Positions 8,950-17,450 of a stretch of 35,804 nt of DNA are shown piece after piece. The translations under genes were made by a program, and so were the position numbers. Source of the stretch: Oscillospiraceae bacterium (GTDB lineage Bacteria > Bacillota > Clostridia > Oscillospirales > Oscillospiraceae); assembly GCA_902796245.1 (NCBI GenBank), contig CADBOK010000018.1:1-35804 (forward strand). The letters are read 5' to 3'. The notes under the pieces are model-generated. The model was not told the DNA's origin, did no database searches, and worked only from the letters and a program-made list of their open reading frames with translations. Each line of letters begins with the position of its first letter. Within the stretch, counting starts at the first letter, position 1.

Positions 8950-9765
8950 TCAGTTGGGGCCGCTGTCTTCATCGTCCCTGTGCGGCGGTTTGTTTCCGGA
9001 CAGCAGCAGGACGAGCAGCAGTGCCAGCAGCATCGGCAGCGCCACGACGGGCGCGACGAGCAGAGGCTCGATCTGAATGCCGTCGGAGACGAGGCGGACA
9101 GCTTCCTCCGCCTGCACCGTCTCGACCCGGTGCCCGCGCACCAGAAGCCGGTGGGAGTTGATGCCGTAGGGCGTGCAGGTGACGAGCGTGCAGAGATCCT
9201 TGCGGGGCTCGATCTGCAGCGCCGTGACGTCCTCCGGCTTGCCCATGCGCTTTCTGGTCACGAGCAGGATCACCGCGCCGACGGCCAGCAGGCTGCCGAT
9301 GATGTAGAAGATCGTCGTGCCGACGCCGCCGGTGGAGGGCAGCTCTGTGCCGGTCTGGTTTTCGACCTTGACCTTGTCGGCAGACGAATCATGATAGGTC
9401 AAGGTAGCTGTGCCGACATCTCCGTCAAGCTCAACCCACTGCCCGGGGCCCGCGATATACCGCTTGATGAGGAGCTTGTTGCCGTGATAAAACGCCGCGA
9501 TATCGCCCGGCTCAAAATTCCGGCTTTTGACGCAGACGACGATCTGTCCGTCCTGCAGCGTCGGCGCCAGGGAGCTGCCGTAAATGCGCAGCACAGGCAT
9601 CCAGAGCATCGCAATCAGCACAGCCAGCGCTGCAACGACGAGCAGGATCGCGACCGTGCTCCGGAGCGTCCGGTTATATCTGCTTTTGTAGCGCAGCCGC
9701 CTGCGCTCGTTTGCAAGCTGCTGCGTGGTCGGCAGGTCGACGGGCCTGTCTGTTTGCCTGTTCAT
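8950..9765 (-). pseudogene. In-frame chimera: signal peptidase I N-half + LPxTG pilin C-terminus + class C sortase C-half (collapsed pilus operon)
   Basis: aa1-116 SPase I boxes (GSSLAPTL, GDIAAF, LIKRYIAGPG). aa117-176 VENQTGTELPSTGG-TM-RKR sorting signal. aa177-271 PEDVTALQIEPRKDLCTLVTCTPYGINSHRLLVRG plus a TM segment. Confidence 0.85.
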
Positions 9766-9914
9766 AGCTGCTCAGTTCCTTTTAGCGGTCGGATTTCAAA
9801 CAAAATCGTGCGGATTGGGATACGACGGAAAAATGGAATACGCGACTATACATGGCACGCATGCCTGTGAATTCGGCCGGATTTGTCTGAATTAAGGGAC
9901 TTTTACGAATTTTA

Positions 9915-9956
9915 CTCATACCAGCCGCAGCCACGGAATGCAAGCATTTTTCGACA
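9915..9956 (-). promoter_or_regulatory. Putative promoter of the pilus-remnant ORF with an upstream Spo0A-box-like TGTCGAA
   Basis: TTGCAT (9943-9938), 17 bp, TATGAG (9920-9915, weak -10); TGTCGAA at 9956-9950. Confidence 0.4.
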
Positions 9957-10084
9957 TTTTCTGATTGTTTTCCGTGGAGGCACGCCGCCGGATTTGCACT
10001 TGCGAACGTTTGTTTTTTGTGATACAATCAACTTTTAGACTGTCTCCCGGAAAATGACCGACAGAAAGGAATGAGAGCCATCCC

Positions 10085-11809
10085 ATGAAAGAAATCCTGC
10101 CATATCTGAAGCCGTACCGCGGGCGCATTGCGCTGGCGATGCTGCTGGTCGCGGCGGCGACGGTGTGCGATCTGCTGCTGCCGACGCTCATGAACGACAT
10201 TTTGAATAACGGCGTCCGGCAGTCGGATTTTGCGTATATCGTGCGCTGCTGCGCGTGGATGCTGGCCGTCGCGGCGGCGGGGCTTGCCGCGCTGCTGGCC
10301 GGGCGGAAGATCAGCTGCGACGTGGTCGCGGGCTTCAACGCCGATCTGCGCACGGACGTGTTTTCCCTCGTCAACAACATGACGTTTGAGGAATTCAACG
10401 CCATCGGCGCGGCCGCGCTCCTGTCCCGGTCGACCTACGACATCGGAACCGTCTCCTGGGTCGCGTCCATGATTTCCGGCAGCCTCATCACGATCCCGGT
10501 GCTGTTTTTCGGCGGCGTCATTCTTGCGCTGCGCAAGGATGTGACGATGAGCCTCATCCTCCTGCTGTTCGTCCCGGCGATCTTCCTGATCGTCCGGCCC
10601 ATCAGCAAGCGCATCGGCCCGCTGCACGAAACGTCCGACAAGTACATCGACATTCAGAACGACGTCATGCGCGAACGCCTGCACGGCATCCGCGTCATCC
10701 GCGCATTTAATAAGGAAGCAAGCCTGCAGCAGAAGATCGCAGACGCCACGCACGTCATGGCCGAGAACATCATCAACGCCAACGTGCAGATGGGGCTTCT
10801 GAGCCCGGCGGCCGTACTGCTGGTGAATCTCGCGGGCGTGGCGATTATATGGCTCGGCGGCTGGCGCATGGAGACGGGCAGCCATGCCATCTCCGGCGGC
10901 GATATCTTCGCCATCATCCAGTATCTCGCGCTCGTCGCCAACGGCGTTCTGATGGGCGGCTTCGCCATGGTCATGCTGCCGCATGCAAAGGTTGCGGCGG
11001 ACCGCATCGGCGAAATTTTCCATGCCACGGGCATGCAGGAGACGGCCAAGGGTGCAGAGCACACGTTCGGGGGCGAAATTGCCTTTGAGCACGTGAGCTT
11101 CCGCTATGAGGGCGCGTCGGAGGCCGCCGTGCAGGACGTCAGCATGCACATCCTGCCGGGGCAGAAGATCGCCGTTATCGGCGGCACGGGCAGCGGCAAA
11201 AGTACGCTTGTGCAGCTGCTGCTGTCTTTCCGCCTGCCGACCGAGGGGCAGATTTTGTTCGACGGCGTCAGCGCTTCGCAGATCGACCGCGGCGTCATCC
11301 GGAAGAACATCAGCTGCGTCCTGCAAAAAACCGCCGTCTATTCCGGCTCCATCCGGCACAATATCGAGATGGGCCGTCCCGGTGCGGAGGAGGCGGATAT
11401 CCTGGAAGCCGCCGACATTGCGCAGCTCACGCCGTTTCTCAACTCCCTGCCCGAGCATCTGGAGCATCCGCTCCAGCAGTCCGGCAAAAACCTCTCCGGC
11501 GGCCAGAAGCAGCGCCTGTGCATCGCGCGCGCGATTTTGAAGGACGCGCCAATCTATGTCTTTGACGACAGCTTCTCCGCGCTGGATTTTCTGACGGAGG
11601 CGAACCTGCGCCGGAGACTCAACGAGAAAATTCAGGGCAAGACCCAGATTGTCATTACCCAGCGCATTACCTCTGCCATGAACGCGGATCATATCTTCGT
11701 CATGGATCGCGGGCGGCTGGTCGACCACGGCGTTCACGCGGAGCTTTTGTCCCGCTGTAAGATCTATCAGGAGATCTACGCCTCGCAGACAGGAGGTGAC
11801 GCGAAGTGA
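10085..11809 (+). CDS. Heterodimeric ABC exporter subunit A (TMD+NBD, degenerate Walker B)
   Basis: Six-TM domain, Walker A GGTGSGKST, LSGGQKQR, Walker B YVFDDSFSALD, switch Q instead of H. Confidence 0.95.
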   Translation: MKEILPYLKPYRGRIALAMLLVAAATVCDLLLPTLMNDILNNGVRQSDFAYIVRCCAWMLAVAAAGLAALLAGRKISCDVVAGFNADLRTDVFSLVNNMTFEEFNAIGAAALLSRSTYDIGTVSWVASMISGSLITIPVLFFGGVILALRKDVTMSLILLLFVPAIFLIVRPISKRIGPLHETSDKYIDIQNDVMRERLHGIRVIRAFNKEASLQQKIADATHVMAENIINANVQMGLLSPAAVLLVNLAGVAIIWLGGWRMETGSHAISGGDIFAIIQYLALVANGVLMGGFAMVMLPHAKVAADRIGEIFHATGMQETAKGAEHTFGGEIAFEHVSFRYEGASEAAVQDVSMHILPGQKIAVIGGTGSGKSTLVQLLLSFRLPTEGQILFDGVSASQIDRGVIRKNISCVLQKTAVYSGSIRHNIEMGRPGAEEADILEAADIAQLTPFLNSLPEHLEHPLQQSGKNLSGGQKQRLCIARAILKDAPIYVFDDSFSALDFLTEANLRRRLNEKIQGKTQIVITQRITSAMNADHIFVMDRGRLVDHGVHAELLSRCKIYQEIYASQTGGDAK

Positions 11810-13581
11810 AGCAGGAACAGAAAACCCACGTTTCCGCCGACGCGCTCATTCAGCTGCTGAAGGGCGCGAAGGCCATCCGCTGGCAGCTTGCGCTTGGCGT
11901 GCTTATGAGTCTGGTGCTCGTCGTGTGCGCGCTCATCATCCCGACGCAGATGGGCGCGCTGGTGCAGCTCTTAATTGACTATTTTGACGCGCCGAAGATG
12001 GGTGCGTCCGTTCTGGCGCAGCTCGCGCCGGGGCTTCTGGCGATGGCCGGCGTGTATCTCCTGCGCGCCGCCGTCAGCTACGGCAAGATGCAGCTGCTCA
12101 ACCGCGCCGTCAGCCGGTATTTCACCTGCAATCTGCGCATCCAGATCTCCGACAAGATCCAGCGCCTGCCGGTCAGCTTTGTCGACCATACGCCCGTCGG
12201 CGATATTCTCTCGCGCATGACGGAGGATGTGTCCAGAATCGGCAACTCCCTGCATACCGTGCTCGACACCGTCACAGGCGGCTTTTTGCAGATCCTCGCC
12301 ATCGCGGTCGTGATGTTTTTGCAGAACTGGCAGCTTTCGCTGGCTGTCATCGCATTTATGCCGGTCTCCATCTGGCTGTCAGCAAAGATCGCGGGCCGGT
12401 CGGAAACGTATTTCCATCAGATGTTCAAGCAGTCCGGCGAGCTGTATTCCGTTGTGGAAGAAGCATACACGAACTACGCGACGACAAAGGCCTATAATCT
12501 CGAGGAGCACTGCGCCAGGCGCCATGCGGAGATCAACGACGCGCGCCGCGTCTCCGAGGCGAAAGCGACGTATCTGTCCGCCATCGTTCAGCCGGTCATT
12601 GCCGCGTCCAATTCGCTGGCGTATATCGCCATCAACTTGCTCGGCGGCTGGCTCATCGTGCGGCAGGGCGTCCCGGTGGGCGTGATTGTAACGCTGGTGC
12701 TGTTCGCGCGGCAGTTTTCCGAGCCGCTGGAGCAGATCTCCAACGGCCTGAGTACCCTGCAGCAGGCCAAGGCCGCTGCCCGGCGCGTCGTCGACCTGCT
12801 GGAGCTGCCGGAGGAAGCGCCGATCGAACAGGACCTTCCTGCGGGCGGCGACGGCAGCGTGGAATTCCGCCACGTGGACTTCTCCTACGAGCCGGATACC
12901 GAGCTCATTCAGGATCTGAACCTGCATGTGGAAAAGGGGCAGCACGTCGCCATTGTTGGCCCGACCGGCGCAGGCAAGACGACGATTGTGAATCTGCTCA
13001 TGCGCTTTTACGACGTCGATTCCGGCAGCATTCTGCTGAGCGGGCATGACATTGCAGATTACTCCCGTGCCTCCACGCGCGACCGCTTCGGCATGGTTCT
13101 GCAGGATACGTGGCTCTTCGGCGGCACAATCGCCGAGAACATCGCCTTCGGCAAGCCGGACGCAACGCGCGAAGAGATCATCCGCGCCTGCGACGAGGCA
13201 TACTGCGACCACTTTATCCGCACGCTCCCGCAGGGCTATGATACTGTCATCGGCAGCGATACCGTGTCCATCTCCTCCGGCCAGAAGCAGCTGCTGACCA
13301 TCGCGCGGGCACTGCTTGCGCAGCGGGAGCTTCTGATTCTCGACGAAGCGACCTCCAACGTCGATACGCGCACGGAGCTTCTCATCCAGAAGGCCATGGA
13401 CCGCCTCATGCGGGACAGGACATGCTTCATCATCGCCCACCGCCTGTCCACGATCGTCGACGCCGACCTTATTCTGGTCCTGCGCGACGGCCGCATCGTC
13501 GAGCAGGGCAAGCACCGCGACTTGCTGGAGAAAAAGGGCTTCTACTACGAGATCTATAAGAGCCAGTACGATATTGCATGA
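11806..13581 (+). CDS. Heterodimeric ABC exporter subunit B (TMD+NBD, consensus Walker B)
   Basis: GPTGAGKTT, ISSGQKQ, LILDEATSNVD, IAHRLST. GTG start after SD GGAGG overlaps the upstream stop. Confidence 0.95.
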   Translation: MKQEQKTHVSADALIQLLKGAKAIRWQLALGVLMSLVLVVCALIIPTQMGALVQLLIDYFDAPKMGASVLAQLAPGLLAMAGVYLLRAAVSYGKMQLLNRAVSRYFTCNLRIQISDKIQRLPVSFVDHTPVGDILSRMTEDVSRIGNSLHTVLDTVTGGFLQILAIAVVMFLQNWQLSLAVIAFMPVSIWLSAKIAGRSETYFHQMFKQSGELYSVVEEAYTNYATTKAYNLEEHCARRHAEINDARRVSEAKATYLSAIVQPVIAASNSLAYIAINLLGGWLIVRQGVPVGVIVTLVLFARQFSEPLEQISNGLSTLQQAKAAARRVVDLLELPEEAPIEQDLPAGGDGSVEFRHVDFSYEPDTELIQDLNLHVEKGQHVAIVGPTGAGKTTIVNLLMRFYDVDSGSILLSGHDIADYSRASTRDRFGMVLQDTWLFGGTIAENIAFGKPDATREEIIRACDEAYCDHFIRTLPQGYDTVIGSDTVSISSGQKQLLTIARALLAQRELLILDEATSNVDTRTELLIQKAMDRLMRDRTCFIIAHRLSTIVDADLILVLRDGRIVEQGKHRDLLEKKGFYYEIYKSQYDIA

Positions 13582-13622
13582 AAAACACCCCGGACGAGCA
13601 AGTCATATGCTCGTCCGGGGTG
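13581..13622. terminator. Terminator between the convergent ABC exporter and CapA-family gene
   Basis: 15-bp perfect stem CACCCCGGACGAGCA/TGCTCGTCCGGGGTG; T-run on the minus strand. Confidence 0.8.
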
Positions 13623-13667
13623 AACTCGTTAAGGGCTGCGTTTCTGCTTCATGCCGCAGCGGGCCGC

Positions 13668-14975
13668 TTATTTGCCGGAGTCGAAGTCCGATTCTGTTCT
13701 CGTGCGCAGGCGGCTGATGGCGTTTGTCAGACGGTCCGTCTCCTTTGGGAACAGGCCGGACGCGATGGCCGTGCGGATGGGGAGAATCTCATAGCGGCTG
13801 CCGTCGGCATCCTTGCCGCTGTCAAGCAGATACAGGGGCGTATAGCTGACGTTCGTCAGCGCCGTTTCGCCCGTTTCGCCGTTTTTGGTGAATTGCAGGT
13901 TCAGAATGACCGATTCCTCGCAGCCGCTGGCGTAGCTGCTGCTCTGGCTGGAGAAGAAGTTGCCGAGGCTGTAGGCCACAAAGCAGGTCTTTTCCTTTCC
14001 GTCATCCGTCGTGATATCCATCGTTTCCATTCTTCCCACCAGATGGCTGTGCGAGCCGATGATCGCGTCCACCCCGCGCGCGAAGAGCTGCTTTGTAATG
14101 GATTCCTGCGTTTTGGTGGGCTCGAGCGTCGCTTCGCTGCCCCAGTGGAGCATGACGAGAATGATATCGGGCTTCAGCGCCTTCGCTTCATCCACCGAGT
14201 TCAGAAGCGCGCTCATATCGAGCTCTTCATAATCCGTGCTGTAGTCCTTGTAGAGCAGATTCACCGCGTATTCCGCGCCCTCCGGCAGCTGAAGACCGCC
14301 GAGGCCCTTCGTATAGGCGATGATCGCGATCTTCATACCGCTGACGGTCTTGAGCACGACGCCGCCGTTCTTTGCGTGCTCGGCCTCGCTCGCGTATGTA
14401 CCCGCGTGGTCGATGCCCGCGCTCGTGAGCGTGTCGAGGGTGCTTTGCAGGCCGGACAGGCCGTTCTGGATGGAGCAGGTGTTGGCTGTCTGCAAAAGAT
14501 CGAAGCCGATGGTCGACAGCGTCGTGGCCAGAGACTCCGGCGCGCGGTAATCCGGCTTTCCGGCATACGGCTCGCCGCAGAAATTGCATTCCAGATTGCC
14601 GATGGTGAGATCCGCCGAGAGCGTATAGCCGGACACGGCGGCAAAGCTTTCGGCAAACTGATAGCTGCCGTCCGGCTGTTTGGCGTCGGCAAGCAGCTCG
14701 TCCGTTATCATGATATCGCCGACGGCGGCGATATTGACGGTCGCATCCGGCTCAGTCTGCAGCTCCAGTGTGCTGTCTTTTTTGGCATAGAGCTCCGGAT
14801 GCTCGCGCCGGTTGCGGCAGCCGCGCAGAATCAGAATCAGAGACAGAATCACGATCACAAGCAAAACGACGGCCAGCACCCGCTGGCGCATCAGGAGCTT
14901 TCGCTTCTGCTCCTGCCGGCGCAGTCTGCGCGCCTCCAGCAGCTCCTCGTTCTGCCTGCGTTCCATATTATCCAT
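13668..14975 (-). CDS. CapA/PgsA-family metallophosphoesterase, membrane-anchored
   Basis: AVGDIM, GNLE, LHWGSE, DAIIGSHSH, VAYSLGNF; N-terminal TM. ATG 14975 follows GGAGG. Confidence 0.9.
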   Translation of the reverse strand: MDNMERRQNEELLEARRLRRQEQKRKLLMRQRVLAVVLLVIVILSLILILRGCRNRREHPELYAKKDSTLELQTEPDATVNIAAVGDIMITDELLADAKQPDGSYQFAESFAAVSGYTLSADLTIGNLECNFCGEPYAGKPDYRAPESLATTLSTIGFDLLQTANTCSIQNGLSGLQSTLDTLTSAGIDHAGTYASEAEHAKNGGVVLKTVSGMKIAIIAYTKGLGGLQLPEGAEYAVNLLYKDYSTDYEELDMSALLNSVDEAKALKPDIILVMLHWGSEATLEPTKTQESITKQLFARGVDAIIGSHSHLVGRMETMDITTDDGKEKTCFVAYSLGNFFSSQSSSYASGCEESVILNLQFTKNGETGETALTNVSYTPLYLLDSGKDADGSRYEILPIRTAIASGLFPKETDRLTNAISRLRTRTESDFDSGK

Positions 14976-15004
14976 GCATTCGCCTCCCTTGGATGAACGA
15001 ATAT

Positions 15005-15067
15005 AGTATAGCATAGCTTCCGAAAAAAGACAAGCCGCTTGGCTTTTGACGCGGAATATGATATAAT
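15005..15067. promoter_or_regulatory. Divergent sigmaA promoters (CapA-family gene and GH25 gene)
   Basis: Minus strand: TTGTCT (15033-15028)-17-TATACT (15010-15005). Plus strand: TTGGCT (15039-15044)-17-TATAAT (15062-15067). Both have extended TG. Confidence 0.6.
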
Positions 15068-15097
15068 CCGATATATTTTGCAACAGAGGGACAGATT

Positions 15098-15976
15098 ATG
15101 CGTCAAACAAGCAAACGCGCGCGGCGTTCCCGGGTGCTGATGATCGTGATTTTTGTGCTGCTGGCAGCGCTTGTGCTGTGGGGACTGGCCGCGGTATTCA
15201 GCCGCCTGTTCCATTACGGCGCGAACGCGACCGTCAGCGCAAAGGACCGCGAGCAGCTCACGCCGGTCGAGCCCAGTGCGGCGGACGAGCCGGACGACAC
15301 CCCGAAAAATACATATGATCCTACCTGCTTCTACCGCGACGGCGAGTTTCTCCGCTATGAAAGCGATACCGTGACCAGCCAGATCGGCATCGATGTCTCC
15401 GCGCATCAGCAGCAGATCGACTGGCAGCGCGTCGCGGAGAGCGGCGTGCAGTTTGCGATTTTGCGCGTGGGCTACCGCGGGTATACGGAGGGCGCGATCC
15501 AGGAGGATGCGTATTTCACGCAGAACCTGGAGGGCGCCATCGACGCCGGGCTTGACGTGGGCGTGTATTTCTTCTCACAGGCCATCGACGAGCAGGAGGC
15601 GCGGGAGGAGGCCCGGTTTGTGCTGGACAAAATCTCCGGCTATCAGCTCGCGTTCCCGGTCTTCTTCGACTGGGAAAAGATCGGCTCCGAGGCGCGCAGC
15701 GACACGATGGATCTGGCGTCTCTGACCACCGTGACGGATACGTTCTGCACCGAGATCGAAAATGCGGGCTATCAGGCCGGACTCTACTTCAACCAGCAGC
15801 TCGGCTATGAGGAGCTGCACCTGCCGAGCCTGCAGACGTATACGTTCTGGCTGGCCGAATACAACGATACGCCGTCGTTCGCCTACCACTTCGACCTCTG
15901 GCAGTATTCCGCCACAGGCACGGTCGACGGCATCGAGGGCGACGTCGATCTCAATCTTGCATTTTTCGGGAAGTAA
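15098..15976 (+). CDS. GH25 family lysozyme/muramidase with N-terminal membrane anchor
   Basis: GIDVSAHQ, ILRVGYRGY, GVYFFSQA, PVFFDWE, WQYSATGTVDGIEGDVDLN. Confidence 0.93.
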   Translation: MRQTSKRARRSRVLMIVIFVLLAALVLWGLAAVFSRLFHYGANATVSAKDREQLTPVEPSAADEPDDTPKNTYDPTCFYRDGEFLRYESDTVTSQIGIDVSAHQQQIDWQRVAESGVQFAILRVGYRGYTEGAIQEDAYFTQNLEGAIDAGLDVGVYFFSQAIDEQEAREEARFVLDKISGYQLAFPVFFDWEKIGSEARSDTMDLASLTTVTDTFCTEIENAGYQAGLYFNQQLGYEELHLPSLQTYTFWLAEYNDTPSFAYHFDLWQYSATGTVDGIEGDVDLNLAFFGK

Positions 15977-15979
15977 GTC

Positions 15980-16873
15980 ATGAAGAAGGAAAAAACAGAA
16001 ATTTCCGCCCGTCTGCCGTTCGCGGTGAGCATGTTCATCTTCGGCACCATCGGCCTGCTGCGCCGGTTCATCGAGCTTCCGAGCGGCGTGATCGCCTGCT
16101 TCCGCGGGCTGCTGGGCTGCGTTCTGCTGCTGCTTCTGCAGCGGCTGCGCGGGAAAAAGCCGGACGGGGCCTCCATCCGGCGGTATCTTCTGCCGCTTCT
16201 CGTCTCCGGCGGCATGATCGGCTTTAACTGGATGCTGCTGTTCGAGGCGTACCGCTACACCAGCATCGCCGTCGCGACGCTCTGCTATTATACGGCCCCG
16301 GTTATGCTGATTCTGGCCTCGCCGTTTGTCTTCCATGAGCGGCTCACCGCGCGGCAGCTTGTCTGCGTGGCGCTGGCAGCATGCGGCATGGTGCTCGTCT
16401 CGGGCGTGCTGGACGGCGGCGCGCTGCCGGACGGGACGCTGACGGGCATTGCGCTCGCCGTCGGCTCGGCGGTTTTATATGCCGCCATCACCGCGGTGAA
16501 CCGGAAGTCGCTCTCCCGGATGGACGCTTATGACAAGACCATCGTGCAGCTGGGCGCGGCAGGGGTGGTCATGGTGCCGTATCTGGCGCTGACGGGCGGT
16601 TTTTCCGGTCTGCATCTGACGGCGCTGTCTGCCGGACTGATGCTTCTGGTGGCGCTGACGCACACGGCGATCCCCTATGCGATGTATTTTGGCGCCATGG
16701 TGCGCCTGCCGACGCAGACCGTCGCGCTCATGAGCTATCTCGACCCCATCACGGCCCTGATTCTCTCGGCGCTTGTCCTGCACGAGCCGCTCTCTCCTGC
16801 CGGCCTGGCCGGAGCCGTCTTAGTCCTCGGCTCCACGATCCTCAGCGAACTCTGGGGCAGAAAAAAGCAATGA
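15980..16873 (+). CDS. DMT/EamA-family transporter
   Basis: About 10 TM segments in two EamA repeats (AYRYTSIAVATLCYYTAP; ALMSYLDPITALILS). Confidence 0.92.
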   Translation: MKKEKTEISARLPFAVSMFIFGTIGLLRRFIELPSGVIACFRGLLGCVLLLLLQRLRGKKPDGASIRRYLLPLLVSGGMIGFNWMLLFEAYRYTSIAVATLCYYTAPVMLILASPFVFHERLTARQLVCVALAACGMVLVSGVLDGGALPDGTLTGIALAVGSAVLYAAITAVNRKSLSRMDAYDKTIVQLGAAGVVMVPYLALTGGFSGLHLTALSAGLMLLVALTHTAIPYAMYFGAMVRLPTQTVALMSYLDPITALILSALVLHEPLSPAGLAGAVLVLGSTILSELWGRKKQ

Positions 16874-16886
16874 TGCCTCTTACCAG

Positions 16887-16928
16887 AGGCTCCCCTACCA
16901 GGGGAGCTGGCGCGCAGCGCCTGAGAGG
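16887..16928 (-). repeat. REP-like element (uninterrupted unit)
   Basis: Reverse complement CCTCTCAGGCGCTGCGCGCCAGCTCCCCTGGTAGGGGAGCC has the same frame as copies at 3129, 35243 and 35701. Confidence 0.7.
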
Positions 16929-17017
16929 CTGCGGCAGGCAGCTGCAAAAAGCGAAAGCCCTTCCGGCGAATCCGTGACTTCCTCAAGGGCCAATGCGGCT
17001 CCGCCCCTGTAAAGACG

Positions 17018-17065
17018 CCGTCCCCCGCCGCGCAGAGCGCGGCAGGGGACGGTTTTGCGTTTTTC
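17018..17065 (+). terminator. Terminator hairpin between convergent genes
   Basis: CCGTCCCCCGCCGCGC-AGA-GCGCGGCAGGGGACGG followed by TTTT. Confidence 0.65.
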
Positions 17066-17077
17066 GGAAATCGCGGC

Positions 17078-17332
17078 TCAACCAGCCTGGTGCCCGCGGG
17101 GCGCAAGCAGGCTTTTGCCGCAGTGCGGACAGCTTTCGCCGTCGCTGCGGCCGAGGCGTCCGCCGCAGAAGGGGCAGCGCCAGCACAGCAGCCAGACGAC
17201 CGCGTAGCCGACGGCGAACAGCGCCGTAAACAGGAAATACACCGGCTTCGACACGCCGCAGCCGATGAGAAAGCTGGCAAGCGTCAGCGCAAGCAATGTG
17301 AATAACAGGATCCTGACCGTTTTCAGATTCAT
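17078..17332 (-). CDS. Small two-TM membrane protein with C-terminal zinc ribbon
   Basis: 84 aa; SD GGAGG before ATG 17332; two hydrophobic helices, then CPFC-x11-CPHC. Confidence 0.7.
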   Translation of the reverse strand: MNLKTVRILLFTLLALTLASFLIGCGVSKPVYFLFTALFAVGYAVVWLLCWRCPFCGGRLGRSDGESCPHCGKSLLAPRGHQAG

Positions 17333-17450
17333 AAAGAAGCCTCCCTTGTCTTCCTCCGTCCGAACCGCCATGTTTTCCAGTTTCTTCTGCCTATAGTATA
17401 GCACGCTGTATGAGATCCGTATACCATCTGGGTCAAAATTTGTGCATTTT

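Noticed and set aside
8529-8972. Long N-terminal extension of the binding-protein ORF (511 aa)
   Set aside because: It crosses a terminator, promoters and hairpins; the lipoprotein signal starts at 8528. Similar spurious extensions were trimmed for ABC-F, amidohydrolase, ddl and trmK.
9876-9996. Direct repeat GCCGGATTTG (9876, 9987) and inverted CCACGGAA/TTCCGTGG (9931, 9970) as an invertible promoter switch
   Set aside because: The repeats are only 8-10 bp, the inverted pair would not carry a whole promoter, and no invertase is in the window.
10028-13515. Long antisense ORFs (10028-11737, 12379-13515; likewise 22441-23751, 27070-28383, 29578-30780)
   Set aside because: Shadow or alternative frames of well-supported genes in GC-rich DNA, with no recognisable motifs.
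15098-15976. GH25 as a prophage endolysin
   Set aside because: It has an N-terminal membrane anchor and its own sigmaA promoter, with no holin or phage genes nearby.
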